This document shows positions 6,207 through 6,270 of a stretch of 6,270 nt of DNA, piece after piece. A program made the position numbers and the translations under genes. The DNA comes from a virus (lineage: Duplodnaviria; Heunggongvirae; Uroviricota; Caudoviricetes), in IMG/VR virus record IMGVR_UViG_2778261462_000002, positions 1-6,270 of that record. One strand, written 5' to 3'. The notes under the pieces are model-generated. The model did not search any database. It was not told the origin of the DNA and worked only from the letters and a program-made list of their open reading frames with translations. Within the stretch, counting starts at the first letter, position 1. Every line of letters starts with the position of its first letter.

Positions 6207-6270
6207 ATGAACCCATTCAAAGGCCGGCATTTTCAGCGTGACATCATTCTGTGGGCCGTACGCTGGTACT
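6207..6270 (+). CDS. tnpA: IS26 transposase Tnp26 (DDE transposase, IS6 family), N-terminal 21 codons only (3'-partial).
   Basis: Translation MNPFKGRHFQRDIILWAVRWY is the IS26 Tnp N-terminus as I recall it. Confidence 0.9.
   Translation, partial: MNPFKGRHFQRDIILWAVRWY

Larger units (their letters stand above)
6144..6270 (+). mobile_element. IS26 (IS6 family), left end only; the element continues beyond the window.
   Basis: Terminal IR at 6144 followed by the tnp ORF start at 6207; the sequence from 6144 to the window end reads like the canonical IS26 left end from memory. Confidence 0.88.

Noticed and set aside
2716-6230. Shadow ORFs in the right half: 2716..3063(+), 3371..3697(+), 3589..3831(+), 3962..4285(+), 4429..4635(+), 5290..5589(+), 5405..5614(+), 5457..5846(-), 5973..6230(-).
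   Set aside because: All lie antisense to, or out of frame within, X, dut, Y, Z or dre. 5973..6230(-) also spans the rox site and the IS26 boundary, which a real gene would not do.
1-6270. CRISPR arrays, tRNA or rRNA genes, integron attC sites.
   Set aside because: I found no regularly spaced direct repeats, no cloverleaf-compatible segments and no attC-like imperfect palindromes in the intergenic regions on reading.

Overview
This window looks like a mosaic segment of a P1-family (D6-like) phage-plasmid, interrupted at its right edge by IS26. Reading left to right: (1) a plus-strand run of translationally coupled genes of the lambdoid 'ea' type (5'-partial ORF, a small DUF1382-like protein, an Ea22-like protein); (2) a LexA (SOS) box directly upstream of a humD-like gene that encodes a pre-truncated UmuD' analogue, followed by the phd-doc toxin-antitoxin pair with overlapping stop/start; (3) a hairpin terminator between convergent transcription units; (4) a tightly packed minus-strand operon led by an intact Cre-family tyrosine recombinase that I identify as Dre-like, followed by three proteins I cannot assign (Z, a two-winged-helix-like protein Y, and X with a poly-acidic tail) plus a trimeric dUTPase; (5) a 32-bp palindromic site 152 bp upstream of the recombinase gene that matches the rox site as I remember it at 31 of 32 positions; (6) the left inverted repeat and transposase N-terminus of IS26, running off the window. 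The best candidate for an undescribed system is the Z-Y-dut-X operon co-transcribed with the recombinase. All similarity statements are from memory and motif reading; no database search was possible.
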